Positions 42,135-53,867 of a stretch of 64,000 nt of DNA are shown here, in pieces; the stretch's first letter is position 1; each line of letters opens with the position of its first letter. The translations under genes were made by a program, and so were the position numbers. This DNA comes from Eledone cirrhosa. Taxonomy: Eukaryota. The stretch covers positions 806,001 through 870,000 of the forward strand of contig OZ024755.1 in the NCBI GenBank assembly GCA_964016885.1. Direction: 5' to 3'. The notes below the pieces were generated by a model, which was not told where the DNA came from, did no database searches, and saw only the letters and a program-made list of their open reading frames with translations.

Positions 42135-42297
42135 TAGTCAGTTCTTACCAACACTTTCTTGCTTATATATATATATATTGAGTAGGAGGAAAGAATATAG
42201 GTAGATAGATATACAGATAGCTACATAGATAGACAGACAGAGAGAGATAGGGAGAGAGAGAGATATAGGTAAATTATGTTGTTGCATATGGTATAAG

Positions 42298-42525
42298 AAT
42301 CTGCCATCAATGTGGTTAAGTCTGGCAATGATCAGGAGGTCTCAAGTGGCACATGAAAGTACATGGCAACCAGCTACTGTTTCCGGTTGCCAATGGCCAT
42401 GTCTGTGACATTTGTGCCAGAGAATGTAGAACATATGTTGGCTTTAAAAGTCATGTCTGTGTTACACACACGCAGAAGTGTGTTTGAACATTCAAGCAAT
42501 GAACACACGGTGACTGCCAACATAT
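42298..42525 (+). mobile_element. Decayed RTE-type 3' end with two C2H2-like zinc fingers
   Basis: Translates to CHQCG...GGLKWHMKVH...CDICARECRTYVGFKSH, similar to the finger at 63525-63585. Confidence 0.6.
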
Positions 42526-42670
42526 AGATAGATAGACAGATAGATAAAAAGGTAAATAGATTGATAGATAGATAGATAGGTAGGTATATATATATATATA
42601 TATATATACAATATTAAATAAATGGAAACTATATTTATAAAACCATATTTATTTCATTATATATATTTCG

Positions 42671-42853
42671 GGCGGTGGATTGGCAGTATCGGTAGAGGGT
42701 CGGACGCCATGCTTTCCAGCGTAGTTACGTCCCTTTACCATCTGAGTTCAAATCCCGCCGAGGTTGACTTTGCCTTTCATCCTTACGGGGTCGATAAAAT
42801 AAAGTACCAGTAATGCACTGGTAATTGCTGGCCTTGTGCCTAAAGTAGAAACA
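42671..42853 (+). mobile_element. Young full-length tRNA-derived SINE family A with target-site duplication
   Basis: A-box tggcagtatcgg, B-box gagttcaaatcc, core gttgactttgcctttcatccttacggggtcgataaaataaagtaccag; direct repeat attatatatatttcggg at 42656-42672 and 42854-42870. Confidence 0.92.
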
Positions 42854-43011
42854 ATTATATATATTTCGGGGATATCATATTAACAATATGCTATGCCTTC
42901 CTCAGACAAAATACAATATAAACAGTCTTAAACCAGCTTAAACCTCTTCAAATGGAAGTCGGTGTTATAACGGTATGTCGAATCTATTTATCTATAAGAC
43001 TGTTTATATTG

Positions 43012-43077
43012 TATTTTGTCTGAGGAAGGCATAGCATATTGTTAATATGATATCCCCGAAATATATATAATGAAATA
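43012..43077 (+). ncRNA. Minimal type I hammerhead ribozyme motif (family H2)
   Basis: tattttgt CTGAGGA aggcatagcatattgttaatatgatatcccc GAAA tatata TA atgaaata: 8-bp stem I with 2 GU pairs, long stem II, palindromic stem III, AATAAA at 43074. Confidence 0.78.
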
Positions 43078-43231
43078 AATATGGTTTTATAAATATAGTT
43101 TCCATTTATTTAATATTGTAAATATACTCCAAATATTTGTCGAGTGCTTTTATATCAGTTATAAATATTTACTAGTTGTAACCCAACAATTTTAAATATA
43201 ACTTTCCATATATATATATATATATATATAT

Positions 43232-43404
43232 GATGACAGAGCTCAAGCCATTTCGACGGCTATTTCTGGACTAGAAATAGCCTTCGAAACGGCTTGAGCT
43301 CTGCCATCGAGGTTCTGACTCTTTTCCTATTACCCACTCTACTACCCTAAGTATCGAGTACTCTGGTGCGTTATGGTCCACCTGGTTCCTTTCCACACTT
43401 CCTT

Positions 43405-43408
<4 letters not shown>
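43232..43408. mobile_element. Small fold-back (36-bp arms, 5-nt loop) plus 100-bp unique tail, in (TA)n
   Basis: gatgacagagctcaagccatttcgacggctatttct / agaaatagccttcgaaacggcttgagctctgccatc (3 mismatches). Confidence 0.75.
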
Positions 43409-43449
<41 letters not shown>

Positions 43450-43452
43450 TGA

Positions 43453-44205
43453 GAGAGGAACGAAGCTTGCATGCTCCGCTGGATGTGTAACAGTAATATA
43501 CGTGAACGGCAAAGCATAAACGAACTAAGGAATAAATTAGAGATAAGAGGGATCAGATGTTGTTTACTCGAGAGAAGGCTACGTTGGTATGGACACGTGA
43601 TGCGCATGAAAGTCGATAGCTGTATAACAAAGTGCAGGGCAATAAAGATAGACGGTAGTCACGGAATAGGCAGACCTAGAAAAACCTGGGACGAGCTGAT
43701 AAACTCCGACATCACACACTTACACCTCTCCAAGACAATGTCACTGGACCGAGACCTTTGGCGGTACTCAGTAACAGAGAAGACCCGCCTTACCTAAATA
43801 AATAGTAAAACCTACTCCAGCCAGTAGGCATCTCTAACAAAATACACCCCGTCCCACCACCCCCACCCCCACCCGATCCACACCACCCCGTTCTATGTAA
43901 AGTTATGTTGGTGCCGCGCCATCGAGGCCGAAACAAATGAGATCGTGTAGGTGTCACGACAAAAAAACACACAGTCCACGCTGTAATGTGGCCGTGTAGG
44001 CAAGGCAACACGGTAAAAACCTCCCAGACCCACACTGTGAATGTGGTTGGTGTTAGGAAGGGCATCCAACTGTAGAAAACCTGCCAGACAGTCCTATGCG
44101 AGCAAGACAATCACTCTTGCCTCAAGTGGGACTACCCCCGTCCAAACCCATGCAAGCGTGGAACACGGACGTTAAACGTTGATGATGATGATGATGATGA
44201 TGATG
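43453..44205 (+). mobile_element. RTE-clade LINE 3' fragment, colinear: ORF end (stop 43797), 3' UTR and (GAT)n tail
   Basis: ERNEACMLRWMC...RRLRWYGHVMRM...GRPRKTW; near-identical to 3958-4778. Confidence 0.93.
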
Positions 44206-44921
44206 TGTGTTGTGTATGTTAAAAGTAATCAGAGTCAAGATTCTATTTTCCTACTTAATGGAACTTTCATCTTTATTAGATGAATTCAAATAAACCAGAA
44301 GTCTGAGCAGTGAAAATAAAGGAGTTTTTGGTTGGTTGATTTATGAAGATAGCCAGAGGAGGAAAGACAGAGAGAGAGAAGAGGAGAGGGGTAAAGGACA
44401 GATGTTTGTGTAGATCACCATATTGGAACATCAACAACTATAACCATAACAACATCTATAAATGACTGTGGTGTCTTCATGTCATTTTTAATAAAAGAAA
44501 TTATTAAATTCAATAAGTTTCTCTAGATTAAGCCATCTATCTGTGACTATTGACATTCTGTCTGATTGGGTGTCTTCAGCAGAGAATTAATCCGCAGAAA
44601 ATTTAAGGATTTAACCATTCATAAGAAAAGTTGAAGAGAAAAGACAAAAATAAAGTAAAAGGAGGAAATTTTAGTCAGAAATGGAAGAAGAAATAAAATA
44701 GATATTTAGTTATTTACTTATGTCTTTGTTGTCTTTCTGTAGTCTTTTAGGGGTGGGGCTGTCTTTTGTTTGGGGGGGGGGGGGTTAAAGATATTTCTCA
44801 GAGTAAATTCTGAATATGTCTAATTTGTATATTTAGAAATTAGATACATCCTGAGATGTCCGTTTGGTGTTCCATGATTGCACGTGTTTAAAATTTCACA
44901 GATTCCCTTTTTCTACTTCAG

Positions 44922-45806
44922 TCATCATCATCATCATCATCATCATCACCATCATCATCATCATAATCATCATCATCATCATCACTATCATCATCATCAT
45001 CACCACTATCATCATCATCATCACCATCACCACCATCATCACTATCATCATCACCACCAGCATCATCATCATCATCACCACCAGCATCATCATCATCATC
45101 ACCACCAGCATCATCATCATCATCACCACCATCATCATCATCATCATCACCACCAGCATCATCATCATCATCACCACCATCATCACTATCATCATCATCA
45201 TCACCATCACCACCATCATCACTATCATCATCACCACCACCATCATCATCATCATCACCACCATCATCACCATCACCACCATCATCATCATCACCACCAT
45301 CATCCTCATAATCATCACCATCACCACCACCACCATCATCACTACCATCACCACAACCACCACCATCATCACCACCACCATCATCACCACCACCATCACC
45401 ACCACCACCACCACTATCACCACCACCATCACCACCATCGCCACCGCCACCACCACCATCACCACCACCACCACCATCATCACCACCACCACCATCATCA
45501 CCACCATCATCTCCACCATCATCTCCACCACCACCATCATCTCCACCACCACCATCATCTCCACCATCATCTCCACCACCACCATCACGACTATCACCAC
45601 CATCATCTCCACCATCATCTCCACCACCACCATCATCTCCACCATCATCTCCACCACCACCATCATCTCCACCACCACCATCATCTCCACCACCACCATC
45701 ATCTCCACCATCATCTCCACCACCACCATCATCTCCACCACCACCATCATCTCCACCATCATCTCCACCACCACCATCATCACCACCACCATCATCGTCA
45801 TCATCG
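44922..45806. repeat. ~890-bp (ATC/ACC)n trinucleotide expansion
   Basis: Direct inspection; abuts a minus-strand RTE tail at 45806-45850. Confidence 0.95.
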
Positions 45807-46514
45807 TTCTGTTAACGTCCACTTTCCCTGCTAGCAAGGGTTGGACAGGTCTACAAAGACCAAGTCAGTACTGCAATGGGGTTACTAACTTCCCAGGCAA
45901 GGAGTGGGGGGGGAGTCTATATCTCACTTATGTATGGTAATGTTTTGTATTTACCATTTTTATATATTTCTTGATAAATTTTTTTAAAAAAATTTTCTTT
46001 TAATTCCAAAGATTATTTTTCATTTAAGAGATTTTTTTATTGTAATTAGACAAAAAAACTTGTATTTTCTGCTAAGGTTTTCTCTTTTGTTGTATTCCAA
46101 TTAAATGCCATTCTTTATGTTCGTAACTTTGTCAGAATTAATTGAATAAAAAATCACTTTCAAACCATTTTTTGACATTAAATTAGTGATTTATTTGTCA
46201 AATATTTGTAGAATTTACTGATACTAGTGTCAATAGATAGTCAGTATCAATAAATAGTATCAATATCAATAAATAGTTGTAAAATCAATAAATAGTATTA
46301 GTATAGATACCAGTATTGGAAGGTGGAATACTTTAACACTGTAGCGAAACCTCAGGCAACCAGGAGAAGTTTTAGTCATTCACAATTTTACTCTAGTTTA
46401 TTGAACCAATGAAAGAGCAACACCTCACAGTTTTGTATTCCTTATATTGGCAGAACTTAGAGCTGTCCTCCACATCTCTCTCTCTCTCTCTCTTCTCTCT
46501 ACATGTATGTAAAA

Positions 46515-46830
46515 AACCAAGATGGCGTAGGACAGAACAAAGGAGAGGCACAAAAACAAAGAAAAGAATCCCCAGTCACTGAAGAGGTCACAGAATGTGT
46601 GACGAAAGAATTTGACAATATATGAACAACCGTCTGGTTATGGAACCAACCAACCAACCGGAAATTTATAAATTCTTAAATTTATAAATTTAATTTATAA
46701 TAAATTGAAGTGAAAGCAACTGGTGCGTGTGTTTCTTATTGGCAACATGACCCTCCCAAAGTATAACAATATCGGTTTCAACACACGTTTTCAGATAAAG
46801 AATCTTGCTAAACAAATTCAGAAACGAAAT
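46515..46830 (+). mobile_element. Retroelement terminal module (family H4): CAAGATGGCG, hammerhead, ORF start MTLPKYNNIGFNTRFQIKNLAKQIQKRN running into (TA)n
   Basis: Homologous to 13896-14180 (minus); ATG at 46747. Confidence 0.7.
46575..46616 (+). ncRNA. Minimal type I hammerhead ribozyme motif (family H4)
   Basis: gtca CTGAAGA g gtcaca-gaatg-tgtgac GAAA gaa TT tgac. Confidence 0.62.
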
Positions 46831-47404
46831 ATATATATACATATATACATACATATATATAAATATTTCCGTAGGAAGGATAAAATGGAATAATTGTCTT
46901 ATGTTGTTTATTACATAATTATATATATATATATGCCTCGTCCTCTCTCTTTCTCCCTATCTATCTATCTCTATCCCTCTCTCTCTCTATCTCTCTCTCT
47001 CTTTCTCTACATATATATATATATGCCTCGTCCTCTCCTTATCTATCTATCTCTATCTCTCTATCCCCCTCTCTCTCTGTCTCTCTCACTCTCACCCCTC
47101 TCTATCCCAGAAGTAGCCCAAAGCAAGGAATTGACAGAATCAGTTGTAGTCTTCTCTTGTTACAGAAAGTCTTAATACAAGACATTTCAGTTTGAATGAG
47201 ACATCGATTTTCCAATTTTCCGTATTTTGATTCTGTTAGGTTACCGGGGCCTCCATATCTTCGCTTCCTTTCTTTCTTTTCTCAACAACATTTCCTGTTC
47301 ACACTACAATGTCCCCCTCCTCCCGCTCTGCCCCACCCTACAAAAAAACCTAACTTGTATTTCTTGAACATATGAATTACATATAACAAAGACTTTTCAA
47401 AAAA

Positions 47405-47626
47405 CACAAGATTTCACAGCTCTAGCATCATTCCTTCATAGTCAGCGGATGACCGAGATACTCTCATGGAATGACTAAATGAGGTTTATTTTTCAACATA
47501 GTTCCTGGAAAGAAACAATGCTGTTATTTATCTTTAAAAAAGGGTTGAAATTAATGCATGTAAGATTTCATAGCCCTAGCATCACTCCTTCATAGTCAGC
47601 CTATGAATATTTCAGTCCACCCTAGT
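47405..47626 (+). mobile_element. Rearranged copy of the mariner-type MITE
   Basis: atactctcatggaatga...ggaaagaaacaatgc...ctagcatcactccttcatagtcagcctatgaa shared with the 24768 and 61244 copies; 3' segment also duplicated at its 5' side. Confidence 0.7.
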
Positions 47627-48009
47627 ACAGAGATGTACATATATTAGTGAAAGTAAAGTACTACGCCAGCAGTTGTGTTGTTTTGTCTCTGTTTAGGGTG
47701 ACATGCATTTATTAATAACTTTCAACCAATTCTTCTTACACACACATTGAATTATATCAATATATCAGCTTGACCAGGTTTTTTAAATCTTTCTTTTTCC
47801 CAATAGTGGCAAATTCAATGAATATTGATACACATAACAATCCTACTTTCCTGGGTTTTGGTAAGAGAAATAAGAAGCTAGATATTACTTTGATATACTT
47901 CAATAACAATGGACTGATGTAAGATATAAAGAGAAACAAAGAAGAAGAAAATACTTCTTACATGAAACCTTTTAGAAATCAACACGGCTGGAATATTGCT
48001 TCTTACACC

Positions 48010-48082
<73 letters not shown>

Positions 48083-48110
48083 GTGTGTCTGTGTGTGTTT
48101 GTATAAATAA

Positions 48111-48178
<68 letters not shown>

Positions 48179-48476
48179 TGGAAAATGTGTGAGATCCTTG
48201 GTACAGTTAGGTATATATATGTGTGTGTATGTATATATATATATATATATCAGGATAGAACCAGTTTAAAACTGGTTAGACCATTACTCAATAGAGTACT
48301 TGATACTTGGTATAGTAGAGTATGATTATATTAAAAAGAGTTGTTCCACACTTGCATGGGTTGGACAGGTCCTTCTCAGTACAGATCGCTCCATTTGTCA
48401 CATTCCTTTGTCATCTCCTCTGTCAGCTTTAGTAATTTGGGATCAGCTCTGATCACTTTCATCCAGATCTTCTTTG

Positions 48477-49240
48477 GTCTTCCTCAGTCTTCCTCGGTCT
48501 TCCTCGCTCCTCCTCGGTCTTCCTCGGTCTTCCTCGCTCCTCCTCGGTCTTCCTCGCTCCTCCTCGGTCTTCCTCGGTCTTCCTCGCTGCTCCTCGGTCT
48601 TCCTCGGTCTTCCTCGCTCCTCCTCGGTCTACCTCGCTCCTCCTCGGTCTTCCTCGGTCTTCCTCGCTCCTCCTCGGTCTTCCTCGCTCCTCCTCGGTCT
48701 TCCTCGGTCTTCCTCAGTCTTCCTTGGTCTTCCTCGCTCCTCCTCGGTCTTCCTCGCTCCTCCTCGCTGCTCCTCGGTCTTCCTCGCTCCTCCTCGGTCT
48801 TCCTCGGTCTTCCTCGCTCCTCCTCGGTCTTCCTCGCTCCTCCTCGGTCTTCCTCGCTCCTCCTCGGTCTTCCTCGGTCTTCCTCGCTCCTCCTCGGTCT
48901 TCCTCGCTCCTCCTCGCTGCTCCTCGGTCTTCCTCGCTCCTCCTCGCTCCTCCTCGGTCTTCCTCGCTCCTCCTCGGTCTTCCTCGCTCCTCCTCGGTCT
49001 TCCTCGGTCTTCCTCGCTGCTCCTCGGTCTTCCTCGGTCTTCCTCGCTCCTCCTCGGTCTTCCTCGCTCCTCCTCGGTCTTCCTCGGTCTTCCTCGCTCC
49101 TCCTCGGTCTTCCTCGCTCCTCCTCGGTCTTCCTCGCTCCTCCTCGGTCTTCCTCGGTCTTCCTCGCTGCTCCTCGGTCTTCCTCGGTCCTCCTCGGTCC
49201 TCCTCGGTCTTCCTCGGTCTTCCTCAGTCTTCCTTGGTCT
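48477..49240. repeat. 10-bp minisatellite (tcctcggtct / tcctcgctcc)n within a minus-strand RTE 3' remnant (48341 onward)
   Basis: Array of ~76 units; the left flank reads RPKKIWMKVIRAD on minus, followed by the RTE tail. Confidence 0.9.
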
Positions 49241-49868
49241 TTTTCTACTCTGACCTCTTGGTTACAGCAATTAGATAGGTTGTTGTGTTATGAGACAATG
49301 CAGATCAGGTTGGACTGGGCATTTTTTGTCATGTCACCAACACAGCCTTAGAGGTTGGACTGAGACCTTTTTTCCCATGATGTGTATGATTAAGCCTGTC
49401 ACAGGGACCTTACAAGACTAACCCCTACTTTAAAATGGGTGAAAACAGCCTTAAATTTTTTGACAAGATGATTAATATATATTTCTAACACATTCAGTGA
49501 TATGAAGTACTTAAAATATTTTAAACTCTAATATAGAACAAGAAAATTTAGAAAATTGTTCAGTTTTTCAACATAACTGAAGTATTTCTGAATATATTGT
49601 CTGAATGTAGCTATTTCTGCAGCAGAATGTGTTCATGTGTTCACCTTAATACTCTCGTGTGTTCTACTGTGCATATCATGTTGCATTTAAGAAGCATGAA
49701 AAATTTAAGATTTATTAAAAGAATCCAGAGATAAAAAAATTATTATCTAAAATTCAATTTAAATAAAATAAAACGAAATAAACTTTTAAATCTATATTTG
49801 GTTCATGTAAAGAAATCACTTTAAAAATAACTGTGTAAACAATCTAACTGTTGTTGTTGTTGTTGTTG

Positions 49869-49913
<45 letters not shown>

Positions 49914-50070
49914 TTGTTGTTGTTGTTGTTGTTTTTATCATTATAGTTCTGTCATTGTAATCCTGACGACGATGATGATCATCATCATCATCAATATCAT
50001 CACTACCACTACCATCATCATCATCATCAATACCATCACCACCATCACCACCACCATCATCATCATCAAT

Positions 50071-50101
<31 letters not shown>

Positions 50102-53076
50102 ATACCACCACCATCATTATCATTACCACCGCCACCATCACCATTGTCACCACCATCATCATCATCATTGTTACCATCACCATCACCACCATCACCACCA
50201 CCATCATCACCACCATCATCATCACCACCATCATCCTCATCACCCTCTCCACATTAGTAAAAGTAAGACGGGTGACTAGTTTTAATCAGTTATAATGTAC
50301 CAGATCAATAAGATGTAAAGTAACCAATTCTCTCGAATCTGTTGTTTTTTTTGTTTTTTGGTTCTTGTCTTATTTTTGTTTTTTATCCACTTCTGTTTCC
50401 AGAAGTTACCAAACCATTCCATGATAGAATTTCACTTTAGTCTACTTCATACAGTCTCCTATGGCTATCATACAAAACTGTCTCTGGATAGATAGTAGAT
50501 GTGATTCAGTGAATTACTGGTACTGCTACCAAAACAAGCACTCAATACACAGGCAGAGTGTATGTATTAAGGAAAACAATGAAGTTTTCTTTACATGTAA
50601 TTAGTATTTTATTGTATATTGACCTGTTCCACATGTTTCACAGAGGATTGGCTCAAGGTCACCCATAGAAGTTATGGACCTGACTCGGGTGTCGATTTGC
50701 TCTTCGGACTGGTGATTTGACAAAAAACTGTAGTGTTTGTTGTGATCTATGAGACATATATATATATGGATAAATAAGTAAATAGATAGATAAATTGAAC
50801 CTACAACATTACGATCCTACTACCACTGCCACCATCATTACCATCATCATTACCAACAACACTACCAACAACACCACCACTGCCAACACTGCAACCACCA
50901 CCACCACCACCACCACCATCATCATCACCACCACCACCATTACCATCTCCACCACCACCATTACCATCTCCATTGCCATCATTATTTTAATGTCTATTTC
51001 CTCTATACTGGATCAGAAATGTCTGTAAGGTACATGTGTGAGCATGTGTGTGTGAGTGCGTGTTAGTGAGTGCTTGTGTGTATGTGTGTGTAAGCGTTAG
51101 CTTGTTAATACCACAAGTCAGTTAAAAATATGTTATATTACTACACAAAGCTCACGACATGTTCACATGTATGTTTATATCTGACATCAAATATTGTTTC
51201 ATTCTCTTCAGTAGCACAGTTGTATGACTGAATGAAGTTCTTTGATGTTTTGGTTAAATCAAGATCTTTATAGCAACCTTCCTATACACATCGAATTGAA
51301 TCAATTTTAAATTGAATCAAATTTAATTATAATTCAAGCTGTAGAGTAACATATTTGTATGGTTCACATCTGAAGATTTCTATATTTCCATGAGTCTTTA
51401 ATATGAAATCTGTGAGACTGTAAGAGTGTCTACTAGAAACTTATATTGACTGCGTTCACGGGAAACCGAGCCAGCAAAAGAGAGTAAATGTGGTTGTTTA
51501 ACCTACTAAAAGTAGCGACTAAATTCACCTCAAATCACACTCATGTATATACGTATGACCCCATAACTCCTGAGGGAATCGTCGGGACACCATATTGCTA
51601 TACAACATCTCTGGGGCATTTTAAAACCTGTTGGGAGCTCATCTCCTCTCCAGGTCTGAATACAGCAGATTTCTTCCAGAAAAGGAGAGAGAGAGAGAGT
51701 GATAGAATGGAAATAAGAAAGAGATATAATGAAAGAATCGACCCCAGTACTAGACTGGTACTATCTACCAGTCGTAACTCCTGGCAGAAAGAGCAAAACA
51801 CCCCAATCTCAATTTTTTTATTTTTTCTGTTTTTTATAAAATTATACCCAGAATAAAAGCTTCCCAGAAATTATGCACAGATTTTGTTTTCACCAATATT
51901 TTTATATTTCTGTGACAGTTCCTCTGTATGGCTAGAGTTTCAGTGAATGGAGTCAATAAAAGGCTAACAAACAACATATATATTTCACTTTAATATCTAG
52001 TTACATAATACTGTATATTTTTGTCTGTATTTATAACTGAAATTATTTGTATATGTTAATATAGTCATGTTCTCACCCCAAACCCGCCTTCCTTGTGTAG
52101 ATAAAGTAAGTTTAAGAGGAGACAACAGCTGGAAATGTCTGCTGTTGAATAGTTGAGTTATTTTGAAGCGATGTGAAAATAATATAATCTGCTTTTTATA
52201 TCTAACTATCATTAAATAGATCTTTTTAAAAGTTGCGGCTCATCTTTATATACATATGCAGTAGTTTTGTATTGGCTAAATTTCATACAGAATATTGATT
52301 TCTAGTTTGGGAAAAAGGCCACAAATTGTCTGGGAATGGGTATAGTTAGAGTTACTTGGATTAAACCCACATCTTTGCTAATACTTATATTATTTATGTA
52401 TGGTGGACAGATTAGCTGAGTCGTTAGAACTCCAGTAGATTAGCAATCGTTGTGAGTTCAATTCCTGGACTGGGTGATGCGTTATGTCCTTGAGCAAGAC
52501 ACTTTATTTCACATTGCACTTGTTGCCAGGGCCAGGAGTTGTGACCAGTAGATAGTACCAGCAATGGAAAGAACAATGGAAACATTGTTTCCTTGGTCTG
52601 ATTTAATGAGTCTGGGATCTTGTCGATTGATTTGATCGGTCAAACTACTGAATCACTGCATCTCTGGCAGTGAGAGAGAGGGGGGGAGATGAAGGTGTCT
52701 GTAATTCGGTTCACATTGATATTTACGAGAGATTTGTTAACCAAAAGGTCAGCCTTGTCCTAAACTATGTCATTTATCTGAAATTTAGGTTATGGGTACT
52801 CGTGTCTGTTGAATGCTCAGCCACTTACCTGCTGAGACCAAGAGTATATTATACCTTTGGTGAAACAACAGAAACATTCACCATCACAACTGACAGAGAC
52901 CCATTCTACATAGCAGACTTTTTAATTTCTTTCTATTACATTATTGTTGTTGATCTTTAACCCTGGGTAAACTCTGATCCAGCAGACCTGTGATCCTTTC
53001 TATAGTAGGAACTACATTCTTCAGTATATCTTCTTTTTTTTTTAAGATGACAGGGTGTAATCAAAAGAAGAGAGGT

Positions 53077-53550
53077 AGGTGTGAAAGCCAAACTCGTTAT
53101 CTTTAATTTGGTGTTCCTGCCAACCCTTACCTATGGTCAATCTTGGGTAATGACCAAAAGAATACGATCGCGAATATAAGCTGCCAAAATGGGGTTCCTC
53201 TGAAGGGTCTTTGGAGTAATGTTACTTGATAGAGTGCATAGCTCGGGGATCAAAGAGTTGCTCCAGGTAGAGCTGCTACTTTCTCCGAATTGATAAATCA
53301 CAGCTCTGATACTATGGGCATGAGGTTAGAATGCCTCAGGAAAGAATTGCTGGACAGATTTTACAGGCAAAACCAACGAGCAGGAGACCCAGGGGTAAAC
53401 CTTGAGCTTGGTAGGTCTTGCTTGGTGAGATGGTTGCTTCTGATAGGACCTGATGGAAGGAATGTTTGAAGACTCTTCTGCTATGACCGTCTCTGGAATA
53501 AGTGGATGAAGAAGAAGGGTTTGATTTGAGAGAGATTTGGTGTCTATTTG
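53077..53550 (+). mobile_element. Decayed RTE-clade (Expander/Rex3-like) 3' fragment
   Basis: KAKLVIFNLVFLPTLTYG...WVMTKRIRSRI*AAKMGFL*RV...SQL*YYGH...RMPQERI...RRPRGKP. Confidence 0.8.
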
Positions 53551-53867
53551 TAACAAGTTGAAACAATTCTGTAAAGGTTTCCTCCTCCTCAGATTTAGGT
53601 TCTTTTTGTGTTCCTCTTACGCATCTGTGAGAAACCCATTAGTACCAGTAGTATATTGAGATCAATTAGGGCGCCACTCTTTACCAAAGAAAAATGGATT
53701 TACCAGTGAAAGAAAAGTAGTTGTGATATAATGTAACTGGCCTGACCTAAATCGTTATTATTACAGGGTATATAATTTAGAATTTTATTGCAAGAGTATG
53801 CTCCCTTGAAAGTATGCGCACACGCATATGTGTGTGTATACATATATATAAATATATATATATATCA

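Larger units (their letters stand above)
42607..43207. mobile_element. Fold-back Penelope-like remnant (family H2): 126-bp inverted arms, 64-bp spacer, 87-bp unique tail, in (TA)n
   Basis: Left arm 42607-42930 (minus the SINE) is the reverse complement of right arm 42995-43120; each arm carries the hammerhead motif. Confidence 0.85.

Noticed and set aside
42671-42760. tRNA gene
   Set aside because: A and B boxes are present but there is no cloverleaf; it continues into a SINE body with TSD and has many decayed copies.
44864-45940. Poly-His, poly-Thr/Ile and poly-Met/Val ORFs
   Set aside because: Open in several frames because of an ATC/ACC triplet expansion; no coding evidence.
48341-49351. 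336-aa PRSSS-repeat ORF
   Set aside because: Product of a 10-bp tandem repeat; all three + frames give the same permuted peptide.
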